Position numbers and translations under genes: made by a program. The notes under the pieces are model-generated. The model was not told where the DNA came from, made no database searches, and worked only from the letters and a program-made list of their open reading frames with translations. Positions 1 through 11,875 of a stretch of 56,661 nucleotides of DNA are shown here, in pieces. Position 1 is the stretch's first letter. Each line of letters opens with the position of its first letter. This DNA comes from Dirinaria sp. TL-2023a (Eukaryota), in the NCBI GenBank assembly GCA_051941275.1, contig JAVEBF010000013.1, positions 1 through 56,661 on the forward strand, read 5' to 3'.

Positions 1-920
1 GTTTTGGTGTACGCTATTATGTTACTAGGGAGGGATTAGTTTTTGTTTTGCTCTTTTTTTTTTTTTTTTTTTTTTTTCAAAAAGTTTCCGAGGGGATTTG
101 GGAAAGGACCTTGGGTGGATGATATAGGATTCTCCAGCCTCCAGGACGAGTTGGCATATTGATCCTCGGCCGCTGAGCGCAAGCAGGCCGCGACCTGTCA
201 CTTCGGAGTTACCCCAGTGCGCCAGGCTCTTGAGCAGTTAGCCAGATACAGAGGCATTTCATCGTGGGGCCGGGTGTACCATTTGGCGATTCAGCCTTGG
301 CCGAACTGAGAGTGTCTGCCCCGTCCATGCGAGCAGCGCTTTGCCGGCTAGCATCCAGTCGAGTGTTCCATCGAGGTGCAGCACAGCTAATGAATCTCCT
401 GAAGATCTTGTTGAGATGAGGGTTTTCAAAGGGGTCGTAGAGGCTATTCTTTGGTAAAGGAAGGGTATGCGGAGGAGGGCGCGGCGGAACGGCTCGAGTA
501 CGGACAGCGTCGAAATCGCCTGTAGGCAGTTAGAATGGGTCTTACACCTTGCTCCTGAGTTACGGTTTATAGCATACGTTTTCTGTTTTCCCACTGACGC
601 CGACCAGAGTACCGCGGCGGGTATAGAGGTTATGTGAAGGGGACAAGGAAACAGAGAGGAGCGGATCTGGAGATGCGATGATGCTGAAGGTTGCGTCTAG
701 ATTTTGGTTATCATTCACGCCCGCAGTATGAAGCTCAACTGAGGTTACCTGATGTTCCAACGTTTTCAGCAGGCAATTCCGACGCAAGCACATCCGCGTC
801 AGCGGAAGGGTGTGTGGTTATTTGGATATTTCGCGTGTGTGGGGAGACGGAGCTTTTCTTGGACCTGTACACGCAACATTGTCGTCTAAGAGCTGCTCCA
901 GATCTAAGTCCTGGAGGCAT
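1..920 (-). CDS. AIM24: Mitochondrial biogenesis protein Aim24-like (multi-exon; 3' end runs off the window)
   Basis: ATG at 920 with an Arg/Ser-rich presequence. Spliced exons read [37 protein letters not shown] / [25 protein letters not shown]...LHLDGTLDW / [22 protein letters not shown]...[14 protein letters not shown], typical of fungal Aim24. Confidence 0.8.
54..77. repeat. T24 homopolymer inside an AIM24 intron
   Basis: 24 consecutive T, lying between the intron donor (~108) and branch/acceptor (ACTAAT...TAG, ~25-40 on the minus strand). Confidence 0.9.
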
Positions 921-1269
921 TGCGTAACGATTTCAAGCAGGGCCCCCCAGAGAAGATGCCGTCGGTTGTAGGAAGGATGAGTACTGTATGTATGTACTCG
1001 TACTTCTACTGTAACTACCTAAATTCATACCAAGGCTCGCAAGGATTCTAGTCAATATTGTGCTCTCTATTCCCTGCGGGCCGAACCTTATTTTCGGACG
1101 CGTATCCTTGTCGTATTGAATTGCTTTTGCTTGAGGCAAGAGGTACAGTAAGCTCATAAGGTAAGCTCTGGTCCCCGACGTCTTGGTCGATCCTTCATCG
1201 GCACTACTACCTTACCCATGCGAGATAGCATGAGCCAAGGTGTGCTCTTTCAGCCCAAAGGCTCAAACG

Positions 1270-3625
1270 ATGCTCTACTGTGGACTTCGTCCTGCAGTCT
1301 ACCGCTTCCGCCGCAAGCCGCTCACCGGTAGCTTGTTACCTATACTCCCAAGGCTGATCCCCACTCGATGCTTCATTGCCAATCCAAGACTGTTGCGGGC
1401 AACCCAGATATCACCTCAACCTTCCGGCACTCAGACACCGTCGAAAGCAGATTCCGTCGAGAATATAAAACCAGAGGGTGTGCAGAAGCCTCCAGATGCG
1501 AAATCAGACGGAGCGCCCAAGACGGATGCGCTCCTCACGGAGCAGACGATGTCAAACAAAGAGCAGAGGAGGGCAGATTGGGCTATCATGAAAGAGATGG
1601 TGCAGTACCTATGGCCAAAAGTATGGCCCTCAGGGAAAGTCATGAACCAGCGGTCAATAATAGGGGTCTAGGGTGATTTAGGGACTAAAGCCAGAGTTGG
1701 CACGGCGTTGGCATTACTCGTTGGCTCGAAGGTACAATCAAACTCGGCGGTTTGGCGTATGGGAATCTGATATCGGGATAGGTCCTGAACGTACAGGTTC
1801 CGTTCTACTTCAAGAGCATTGTGGATTCCATGAATGTCGATTTTGCAGCAATTGGCGGCACCGCTTGGACAGTAGGCGGTGCGATGATAGTGGCATGTAC
1901 GGTAGCCCCACGGATGTTTTTGCAGTTGCTGACCGTGCAACAGACGGCACAACGCGAATAGGGGCAGCTGTGTTTCAAGAGCTTCGGAATGCTGTCTTCG
2001 CGAGCGTAGCACAGAAAGCCATTCGTCGAGTGGCTTGCAACGTATTTGAGCACCTGCTACGCTTAGATCTCAACTTCCACCTCTCAAGGCAGACTGGCGG
2101 CCTCACCCGTGCCATTGACCGTGGAACCAAGGGTATTAGCTTCTTGCTGACTTCAATGGTATTCCATATCCTTCCCACCGCTTTGGAAATTTCGATGGTT
2201 TGCGGTATTTTGGTGAGAGTTGCCTATATTCCCCTTCATCTCAATGCCTGACTCTCTTAGACTTATCAATATGGTCCCAAGTTTGCGCTCATCACCGCAG
2301 CAACAATGACTGCTTATACTGCTTTCACCATTTTCACTACTTCTTGGAGAACTAAATTCCGCAAATCGGCCAATGCTGCAGATAATGAGGGTGCGACAGT
2401 CGCTGTAGACTCATTGATCAATTTCGAAGCTGTCAAGTACTTCAATAACGAGAAGTACGAGGTTGGTAGATATGATGCCGCGTTACGGAACTATGAAAAT
2501 GCATCCATCAAAGTTACTACGTCCTTGGCATTCCTCAACTCCGGCCAGAATGTGATATTTTCTGGCGCTCTAGGAGCGATGATGTACTTGGCAGCAGCTG
2601 GAGTCGCTCAGGGGACGTTGACGGTCGGCGACCTAGTTATGGTTAATCAGCTGGTCTTCCAACTTTCAGTGCCGCTTAATTTCCTTGGATCCGTTTATCG
2701 AGAATTGCGCCAGTCTTTGCTCGACATGCAGACACTCTTTAACCTCCAAAAGGTCAACGTCGCGATTAAAGAGCCTGCTAATCCCAAGCCGTTACAGCTG
2801 ACACGAGGTGGGGAGATAAAATTCGAGAATGTGACATTTGGTTATCATCCTGACCGACCAATACTTCGCAATTTGAATCTCACAATCCCAGCTGGGCGAA
2901 AAGTAGCTATCGTCGGCCCTAGCGGATGCGGCAAATCTACTATTCTCCGGTTGCTGTTCCGATTTTATGACGTACAGCACGGACGAATTTTAATAGATGA
3001 TCAGGACATCAAAGACGTTAGCCTGGAAAGCCTTAGAAAATCCATTGGTGTAGTGCCACAAGACACGCCCCTGTTCAACAATACCATCGAACATAACATC
3101 CGCTACGGTAACATGGAAGCCACAAATGAGCAGGTTAGGAAGGCGGCCGAACGTGCAAGAGTACACGAAATCATCGAAGGTCTCCCTGCTGGATACAATA
3201 CAATGGTAGGTGAGAGAGGCATGATGATTTCCGGTGGAGAGAAACAAAGACTGGCGGTATCAAGATTGATACTGAAGGATCCACCATTACTGTTTTTTGA
3301 CGAGGCTACATCGGCGTTGGATACCTATACCGAGCAGACGTTGCTCCAGAACATCAACAGTATCCTGAAAGACAAAGCACGAACAAGTGTCTTCGTGGCT
3401 CACAGACTGCGCACAATCTACGATAGCGACGAGATCATTGTTCTACGTGACGGCAGCGTCGCAGAGAGTGGCACGCATACCCAACTCATAGACAGTGGCG
3501 GTGTATATTCAGATCTCTGGAGCGCGCAGGAGGCTTCATTGGAAGAAGCGACGGACGATGATCGAGATATCAGAGATCATGGAGTTGAGGCTAAAAGCGA
3601 TGACCGAAGAGGGCGCTCAAATTGA
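1270..3625 (+). CDS. ATM1: Mitochondrial Fe-S cluster ABC half-transporter Atm1 (5 exons)
   Basis: Presequence, then [49 protein letters not shown]. Walker [10 protein letters not shown], signature ISGGEKQR, Walker [11 protein letters not shown]. Introns begin near 1621, 1732, 1896 and 2213. Confidence 0.97.
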
Positions 3626-4474
3626 ACCTTTGTTGAACTTTATGTTGATCAGGCGGCAGAAGATTTCTCGCTGACTAGTGCCCCGATAAAATCCTCCTTG
3701 TCCCACGAAACACAGAGTGGTTTTATCTATGAAAGCGTTGATCTTGACAGAACCTTGTGAAAAGTATGTCAAGCTATCAGCCTCTTTCAAACTTCGAGTA
3801 TCTGATGCACTCAAAAAAGCGATAGCCGGGCGTTTTCTATCTTCACGGCGAAACCCCAACTGCGGCCTCGTATACAGGTCCCTTCTAGTTCTCTATCTAC
3901 TTTGCCTAAATTAGTATTGCAAAGCGAGACAGGGAGCAGCAAACCAACGTCTCACAGAATGACCGGTAGCAAGCTCAGATTATGGTACTGTGGATCGGAA
4001 TCGTAACTAGAAAAGATCATTCTGCTCGTTGCAGGCGATTTGCTGCTTCCAGTGCTCTCATATACTAGTAAACACTGGTAAGGTAAATGGACAGTCTTCT
4101 ACCTTCTGCACTAGGCCATGTCAACCAGATCTTGGCCCCCTAGAGACCAAAGGAAAGGCACGTGGACCGGCTTCGGAACAATGAAGAAACCAAACGATAG
4201 GAAAGACATAGTCAAAATAGCTGTGAACAAAGAGCTCTAATGATCGATCATGTTTAGCTTCCTTTCAAGAACAATGGTGTTGTCCGGCTCTAGCAGTTAT
4301 AACGGGAAAGGTGTTCACTTGTCCAAACACAGTGTTTTCCTTGCCCAATATTTTGGAGCGTTTCCGCATTTATACCTTCGCAGGTCGAAATTGTAAGAAA
4401 AGGAAAGTGCACATCATCAACCAAGAAAGGAAAGCGATAGGTCTAGGATCGCTCAAAGCAAAGACGCAGCCATA

Positions 4475-5242
4475 ATGACTCCTCGGGACGACTTGAACGA
4501 CCAACCCAGAAGTGGCTTACCGAAATGGGCTTGTTGGTGCTCTCAATGCGACAAAATGTTCGCCTCCAAGATTACTCGGCGGAAACATCAGCGGGATTGC
4601 CATTATGTCTGCAAGCACCCACGCTGCGGTGCCTATCTCTACACGGAAGAAACGTTCGTCAGCCATATACAAGTTTGCCACGCGGACGTCTATTGCAAAT
4701 TGTGCGAGACTTTCGTTGAGTCCAGCCGGTGCTTGGAGCCTCATATGGAGGCCAAGCATGCATACTGCCGCAAGTGCAAGACCACGTTCGGGGATGATGA
4801 AGCGCGGCAAGAGCACTACGTGAACGCCAATCACGCTCCGCCCAAAGCCGACGACTGCCCGCCCAAATCTGACGAAGCCAACAGCAATAAAAGGAAACAC
4901 CAGAATGCAAAACTTGGCTCGGACGAAGAGGAAGAAGAAGGAGAGGAAAACATGTCGGGGCCTCCTCCGGATCACTATCGCACACTAGGAATCGATCCGT
5001 CAATCCCGCACAATCAACTGCTCATGCTGGTGAAAAGGAAACGGTGTGAAACACATCCTGACAGGTTCATGAAGAGGAATCTATCCCCAGCGCAGATGGA
5101 GAACGTGATCGCAACGGCGAAGAATGTAGGCTGGGCTGCTGATATCCTGTCTGACCAGATCAAGCGGAGGCAGCATGATTTGGTGCTTCAGTCCTGGCAG
5201 CTACGAAGGGACGAGAGGAGGAAAAGGAAGAAGGACCGGTAG
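4475..5242 (+). CDS. Intronless 255-aa protein: four C2H2-type zinc fingers, an acidic linker and a C-terminal DnaJ-like (HPD) domain
   Basis: CSQC..HQRDCH, CKHPRC..HIQVCH, CKLC..HMEAKH, CRKC..HYVNANH, then DHYRTLGI...ETHPDR...ILSDQIKRRQHD. Confidence 0.75.
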   Translation: MTPRDDLNDQPRSGLPKWACWCSQCDKMFASKITRRKHQRDCHYVCKHPRCGAYLYTEETFVSHIQVCHADVYCKLCETFVESSRCLEPHMEAKHAYCRKCKTTFGDDEARQEHYVNANHAPPKADDCPPKSDEANSNKRKHQNAKLGSDEEEEEGEENMSGPPPDHYRTLGIDPSIPHNQLLMLVKRKRCETHPDRFMKRNLSPAQMENVIATAKNVGWAADILSDQIKRRQHDLVLQSWQLRRDERRKRKKDR

Positions 5243-5746
5243 CTGGCGGATTTAAGCTGGATGGCAGAGACTGCAGAAACCTAGTGTGGTGGAGACACAA
5301 TAATAATAATGAATAGGTAGATCAAGACATCTTAAACCCCTGATGATCCCTACCTTAGTCCGGGCTTGGCGTCACCGGCGTCCTACCTAATCGCCGAGCC
5401 CCTGCAGCTATTATTTGCATGTAGCTACAGGAATAACCACATGGCTCTCCGAGTCCCCGAAAGCCACTAAAAACACGAGTCTCATCTCGGTAAACCGCAA
5501 GGCCGCAATGTCCGAGATCTGTTCGGGTCCATGGGAAATTTTTTCTAATTCCCATCATGTTTTATATTCATTTGCCAATAATAGTACTCATTGCTTTCTT
5601 TTCGCAACCACTCCAGCTCATGAGGATAATAAAATAATTCCTCTGATCCCCAACATATTTGAATGAAATCCTCGCATAAAACAACCCTCAAAACCCAGTG
5701 ATATTCACGTGTGCCCCCATTCCCCCCACCCCCCAAAAAAGGAGAA

Positions 5747-6080
5747 ATGGGTCTCAATCTCCTCGACAGATTGCAAGAAAGTATGTATGAAATTTTCGTA
5801 AAATAGAGTAACCTCCTCCATTCAACGTTTTTTTTTTTCTTCTTCTTCCGCACTCTGGTCATATAATTACACCTACCAACAACTTTCAGAACTTGAACTC
5901 TACCGTCTGCAGCAGCGGTATACACGGCGGAGGAACCACACCGAAAAACCCGTCTACGTCGATGGCGAATATATCTATAATTGTCCACCGCCACGGGAAG
6001 GGGTAGGGAAGGGATGTGCGAAAAGGAAGACGAAGGCCATTGGTACGCGGGAAGCTGTTCATGCGGATACGAGACGGTGA
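5747..6080 (+). CDS. Small two-exon protein (74 aa), not in the ORF track
   Basis: Exon 1 5747-5780, intron 5781-5889 (GTATGT...TTTCAG), exon 2 5890-6080; 225 nt in frame. Protein: MGLNLLDRLQEKLELYRLQQRYTRRRNHTEKPVYVDGEYIYNCPPPREGVGKGCAKRKTKAIGTREAVHADTRR. Confidence 0.7.
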
Positions 6081-6403
6081 TGTGTGTGTGTGATTTGGGA
6101 GAGGGGAAGGGAAGGCGAATATTGGTGATTGTGGATAAACGAGGTGAATCTATGCAGGAGAGGTTTTCAAGGCCTTTGGAGACCATATCTAGGCGATTGG
6201 CACTGGATGGAGATTTGTACATATGAGAGCATTCACAGGCGCTTTTGCTGCAAGGGCAAGGCAGGAGGCTCAGCATTTGAAACAGATGCTACCGCAACCG
6301 GTAGTTGCAAGAAAAGTTTCAGCAATGCAATACTCGAACAGCGCGCACATGGTTGATTTGATGGTCGTTCGCATGGAACTCTCAGCAGCGCAAGAGATGA
6401 CAT

Positions 6404-9400
6404 TCAAGTCTGTGTTCCGCCCTGGTCTGGAAAACGCAGGGTGGTCTGGCCCCTTTCAGGGTCACGCATCCTGTGGAAAACCAATCGGTCAGTGTCTGAT
6501 GAACCCAATGAGGTAGTCTGACGTACCTAATAACCTTGACATCGGGCGCCTCGCGAATGTTGCTCATCACGCCCGGAGTTATAAAAATGAATTGTTTGCC
6601 AATGGAATCTCTCGCGGCTTTCGTCTGCGATCTAAGTCAGCCGATTCGCATTTTTGAGGGTGAGAATATAAGCGTACAATGAGATCTAAGCTGACTTCAC
6701 GGTTTGCGCTGTCCATGAAGACATCACTGCCGCTAATTAGCAATCGCTGGATCGTAGGATGGTGCGGGAGTGAATACAATTCGTCTAGACACCGCACTGG
6801 AGCACCCATGGCATCCCACAGAGAGAGTAGCAGACAAGTCGTAGAAAATGATTTCTCGCCACCAGAGAGTGTCAAAGTCTGTCGGCCAGTGCTCTTCATT
6901 CGAGTTGCATCAGGTTCGACCTGGTATCAAATTAGTTCGATTTGGCCATAGTCGCAGCAAAAGGTAACTTGCGCTCAGATCTAAAGTCTTCCCACTGTGA
7001 TCTGCCTTCAATCGACCTCGAAAATTACGTTCAGACAACAAGAAGCCAAATTGGATCCTTGCTCTGGCAGTAATCTTCTTTTGAAAAATCCTCCATCGCT
7101 CTTTGCGGTTGAGTAAGGTCATCTTCAGCAGCTGGAGCCGATTTAGCGACCCGTGACCTTCCACTGTACGCACTAATGGCTTACCTGAGCAAGATCCCTC
7201 ATGCTGTTGTACTGCGTCTCCGCAGCTCGCACAAGCTGCACTGCTTCCACTACATCCTGTGCTATTTTCTCTGGACTGGCACCCAACCTATCATTGCTCA
7301 GATATAGGCCCAAAGAAGGTCAGGAAGAAACTTACCGCGCCATGCCTCTCTCTAGATCTTTGTTTAGCTTAACCAATTTATTGTCTAGGGTATCCGCGGT
7401 TTCTCCATCCGGTACTGGGATTCTCGCCGATATTTTTTCAGCCTGTTCAATATAATTTGCGACAGTAGCAGAATGAGCTTCGCGCTTTCTATCCACTTGG
7501 GCGTAATGGTCCTTAGCGTCCTGAACCTCATTGATGGCTTGGTTTTTGGCCTGAAGATCCTTCTGCCGCTGGATAGTCGCCTTCGAGGCCTTTGCTTCAG
7601 CCTTTTTGAGCTTCGAGCTTGCTTCCGCAATTCGTACATCAATGGCCGCCATCTCTTCTTTGAATACCCGCATGGAGTCCCTGGCTTTATCTAATGAAAC
7701 GACACAGTCGCCGTAAGAGCCCTCATGTGTTTGTCGCTCTTCTTCGGCTTCTCTCAGAGCATCCTTCAAAGCTTCCAAGCGCCCTTCTTCTATCTGGTCT
7801 GCGTCAATCGCATCCTGCAGCTGGGCTACGACATCTTCGGCTTTCTGCATTGCAACGCGCAGATTTGTGCTCTCATTGCCGTGTCTTTTCAATGCTTGGG
7901 AACAATCAGTAAAGTTCCTTTGCAGCTCTCGTACCCGGTTCTCGCAATCGCGGAGTTCCGACTGGAGATGATCAAGGGTCTGCCGCTGCGTTCTGAGGAG
8001 CTAGTCAGCAAATGAGGCAGATGAGGACGGGGTGTAACCGTACTCTATCTGGTACTCAACGTCGGTACCCATTCGAGGGAGGCCTTTGAAAGGTGGTACA
8101 TAGTTTGACCCTGCGTTGCCGCCGTACCCATAAGTCAATCTAAGACCCTCGCCTGGTCTGACGTTCATGGTGAAGCATTGTTTCACGTTTGGCAATCGTG
8201 AATTATTCATTAAGTCAATCGCATGCGGTCGGTTTTCGACCAAAATAGTCTGCTCGATTGACTGATTAATGACCAGTTGACGCATTACGAGATCATTGTC
8301 GATCTAAGCCACATCAGCAATTTAGAAGTACCTCAATCTTAGTAAGACTCATACTTCTAGCACGCGATAAGTAGTGTCAAAATTTTGATCTGGCTCGTGA
8401 TTGGCAACGTTTATGGGGGTGTTATTCCCGATGAGGATCGGGCATGGACTACACCAAATCAGCAAATCAGTAACCCAGCAACAGCACAGTTCGAGCTTCT
8501 TGCTCTTTACTTTTCACCTTTCAAGGACCGCGGTGAAACGTACCAATTATTCTGCCGCATCAATGCTGAAAGTTTGACTTGGTCTTCCTTGCTTGTAACC
8601 ACGAAAGCAGTCAATATGCCACCAAAAGACTTTTCGAGTATACTAGACCACTTGGGTTTCAGCAAGCGCAAATGAGCGCCTAACGGGCCAACAGGACGCT
8701 GCCAGAAGCCTCTGTCTTGCTCTACGGCCCGTAAAAGGCGTGGCATGCTTGCGTGATATGCCCCTTGTTGCTTCCCACGATCGTCGATCAGTCTTTTCAG
8801 ACGATCTTCGCACTCCCGTATCTCTACTCTTTTAGCATTGACTGGTCCCTTGGCTTTCCCCATTTCCTCCTCCGCCTGCCGTTTCCGTTCTTCGAGATCT
8901 CGAGAGCTGGCTTGATGTTGCTGGAACCGTGCCTTGGCATTGGCAGCATCGGTCTTCTTTAATTCAATCTCTTCAAGCCGTCGAGCATAACTACCACCAT
9001 CCAATTCGCTGAGTCGGCGATGCTCCTCTTCTATCTCCTCCTTGGTCTTCTTAATTCGGTTTTCGGCAGCTTTTAATTCGTCTCTAATTGCTCGTTGTTG
9101 CGTCTAATAACCCAGTGAGCTTTGGCTTCCTCAAGTGGCTCTCCGACTTACTTGGGCATCTAAAGCTTCAGTCTTAGCCAAGTTCGAGCGGCTTTGCGCC
9201 TCAGCTTTCTCTTCGTTCAAAGGATTCAGACCATTTTGTGCGTCCTGAACTGCCGTATCCGTGAGCTCCGTGGCACGATCGGAAGTCTCGAAGGCTTCCG
9301 AAGTCTGCTCTGCTCTGCGCTCAGCATCCGTAATCGACTTTTGGGCTTCCAGCGACTTGGCCTCGTAATGTGCCAGGCTCCGCTCCTGCTCCTCAACTTG

Positions 9401-10446
9401 TGCCCATGCCATTTGACGGCCTAGGTCACGTATCGTATAACGCAGGGAGTTGTGCTTCTCGGACATCGCTTGTAGCTTGCGCTTCTTATCCGCGTCTTCA
9501 CGATACCGTTCGACATCCCGATCGACCTTTTCCAAGTCATCTTCAATTTGATCGATGCTCTCTTCCATTTGTCGGTAGTCCGCATCAAGGTGCTCGAGCT
9601 GTGTACCTTTCATGAAGAACTTGTACTTTTCGCTCGCGTCCGACGAATTGAGGAACTGGCGTGCCATGTCTTGAGTCAAAACATTCATAGGGTTGTCAAT
9701 CTGAAGAGCGTAGTAATCGCAAATCTCGTCAAGGTCAAATTTGCGGGTAGAGATAAGTCTACCGGTAGAGCTCTTCAATTTGAAACCGCTACCGCCAGAA
9801 CGAGCGAAATTTCGCTCCACGATTATCGAATCGCCATAGACTTCCTGCTGGTATGCAGCGGCCCCTCTGTTTTTGATTTTGACACTGAGTAGTGCGGACC
9901 TGATACGGTCAGCAACGCCGATAAGGCCCGAGCGAAGCCCAACTTACTCTTCGCCTTCCTTGATGAAGTTTTTCAGGCTTTGCCCACGATTTGTCGCAGT
10001 AGCTTTTCCTCCTAGGCATATCGTGATGGCCGTCAGAACCGCACTTTTCCCACTACCATTGTGCCCAATAATAAAATTGATTAGTGGACACAGAGTGACC
10101 TCCAGGTGTCTATGGCACATGAAATTTGTGCAGGTGACGCTTTCCAAAATTCCGTTATCGGCAGGCACATTGTCCATATGCTGCTTTCGCCGCTGCTGGT
10201 TGGCATGTTGCTGAGTGGGTTGTTCGTCGTCCTCGACCTCTTCTTCCGCTGCAATATCATCTGCGTATTCATAAGAGACCCGACGCTTCTTGCTCTGCGT
10301 ACTCTTAGCACTGATTTCACATACTAATGTGCATGACTTACGGAATCTTGTCGTAGGCTTGACTGTGCGCTTTCCACGCCGACAACCTCATACTCCTCAG
10401 CCTCATCATTTTCTGTTTGCGCCCTTAAGCGCTTCATCGGTGCCAT
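6404..10446 (-). CDS. SMC6: Structural maintenance of chromosomes protein 6 (many exons)
   Basis: [17 protein letters not shown], Walker [38 protein letters not shown], coiled coils, hinge PVGPLG, signature LSGGEKSF, Walker B RCLDE.DVFMD. The last exon ends [11 protein letters not shown] at 6404. Confidence 0.96.
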
Positions 10447-10558
10447 AGTGAGGTGAAGGTCACAGCTGGCTGATCTAGAACAGAGTAGAACACAGTGTGA
10501 ATGAGTCTGAGCACAATGGCATCCAGTAAGATCAAGAGTGGCATTTTGCGGCTCCGTA

Positions 10559-10581
10559 ACGCGTAAGTGACGCGCCGCGCC
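10559..10581. promoter_or_regulatory. Putative MCB (MluI cell-cycle box)-like elements upstream of SMC6
   Basis: ACGCGT at 10559-10564 followed by GACGCGCCGCGCC, ~115 nt upstream of the SMC6 ATG. MBF-type boxes are typical of G1/S and DNA-repair genes in ascomycetes. Confidence 0.4.
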
Positions 10582-11875
10582 AAGAGCCTTGGCATCTATT
10601 ACCCTCCCCTGAGTTGCTAAGGCTTGGCATCTCAAAAATCTTTCCCCTCTGCATGCGCAGTCACCAAAGCATGTCAGGCAAGTGCCAACAACTCGTTTTC
10701 ACCTATCAATACCCTCAGATCTCTTACTGCTTCAGAATTCATTATATTTGTTCCTCTCTAGCGATCTAGCGAAAGGACAAAATTCAAGCAAACAGCGTTT
10801 TCACGAAGCTGATGACGAACTGATTCACCAGCAAAATGTCACTGTCAAAACGTTAAGTCGCTAAATGTTAAAGAACGCTAGAAAAAGAAGATGACTTTGC
10901 AATCCTAATCCTGAAGCATCGATTTGAGGCAGAAGGCATCAGTAGACGACAGTAAGGATGCGCATGTAAGGGAAGAGAAGAAGTTTGAGATGCCAAGATT
11001 TCCCGCACATGCGCATGCCAAATCCAGTCTACAATGTTCACAAAGCCATTCAAAATCAACTGTTCACGGATATTCTCGTCATTGGGTCTATCTTTACGCT
11101 ACGGTTTTAAGAGGTTATGCTGGTCATGATATACTTTGAATCAATGGGTGCGTGATCGCAAAACTTCTTTCCCGGACAACCTTCCCTTGCAGAGACAAGT
11201 GGTACACCGACCATCAGCGGAATTGGTGCTTTGGAGATGTATGGAGTCGATGAGTCGTGGGACCTTACAGTAGATATCTTCAATGTCGACAGACGCTGAA
11301 GCGACATCTAAGTATTCCCGACTGTTTTACCCATGCTGTGAAGGGTACCGAGTGCAGACTAATCTCCTAAAAAATCCAGTGTGTTTCGATACATCTTCTG
11401 TGCCTTTAGGCTGGCGTTTCTACTTCTGTATAGCAAGATGCGCAGAGGAAGCATCGCTCAATGGGCGTCCAAAGGCTGCAAGCCTACAAAAAGGTCTGTA
11501 TCTATGCACTTAGCAATCCGAGTGCTGATTTGGAGAAATCAAAATCAAAAGCTCATCAAATTCATTATCCGTTACCAACGATGCAGACTGTATTTGTAAA
11601 CATCAGCGCACATTTGTATACAGTGGCATATCAGAGACCAACTTCAAGCATTCTCCTGAGCGAATACCATGTTCTGCCACCCGGATTCCAACCAACCTCT
11701 GATTGCTAGACTATTCCTAAACGAGAGAAAGGCCCTGAACGCCATTGAAGCGCTAGGAATTGCTCTTAGGATAGCTAGAATATATCTAGCGCAAATTTTG
11801 GACGTCTGATCTTCAGCAGCGTATCCAGTGTATATGCTCTCGATCTTCGAGATAGGCGACACTGCTTGTCCAGCG

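Noticed and set aside
5545..6276. 243-aa minus-strand ORF, and the 81-aa plus-strand ORF at 5981-6226
   Set aside because: Both are low-complexity translations crossing homopolymer and TG tracts. The region is better explained by the spliced 74-aa gene and 3' UTRs.
10650..11870. Possible partner or effector gene downstream of the NLR
   Set aside because: Only short ORFs without recognisable motifs or consistent splice signals. A degraded relic cannot be excluded without a search.
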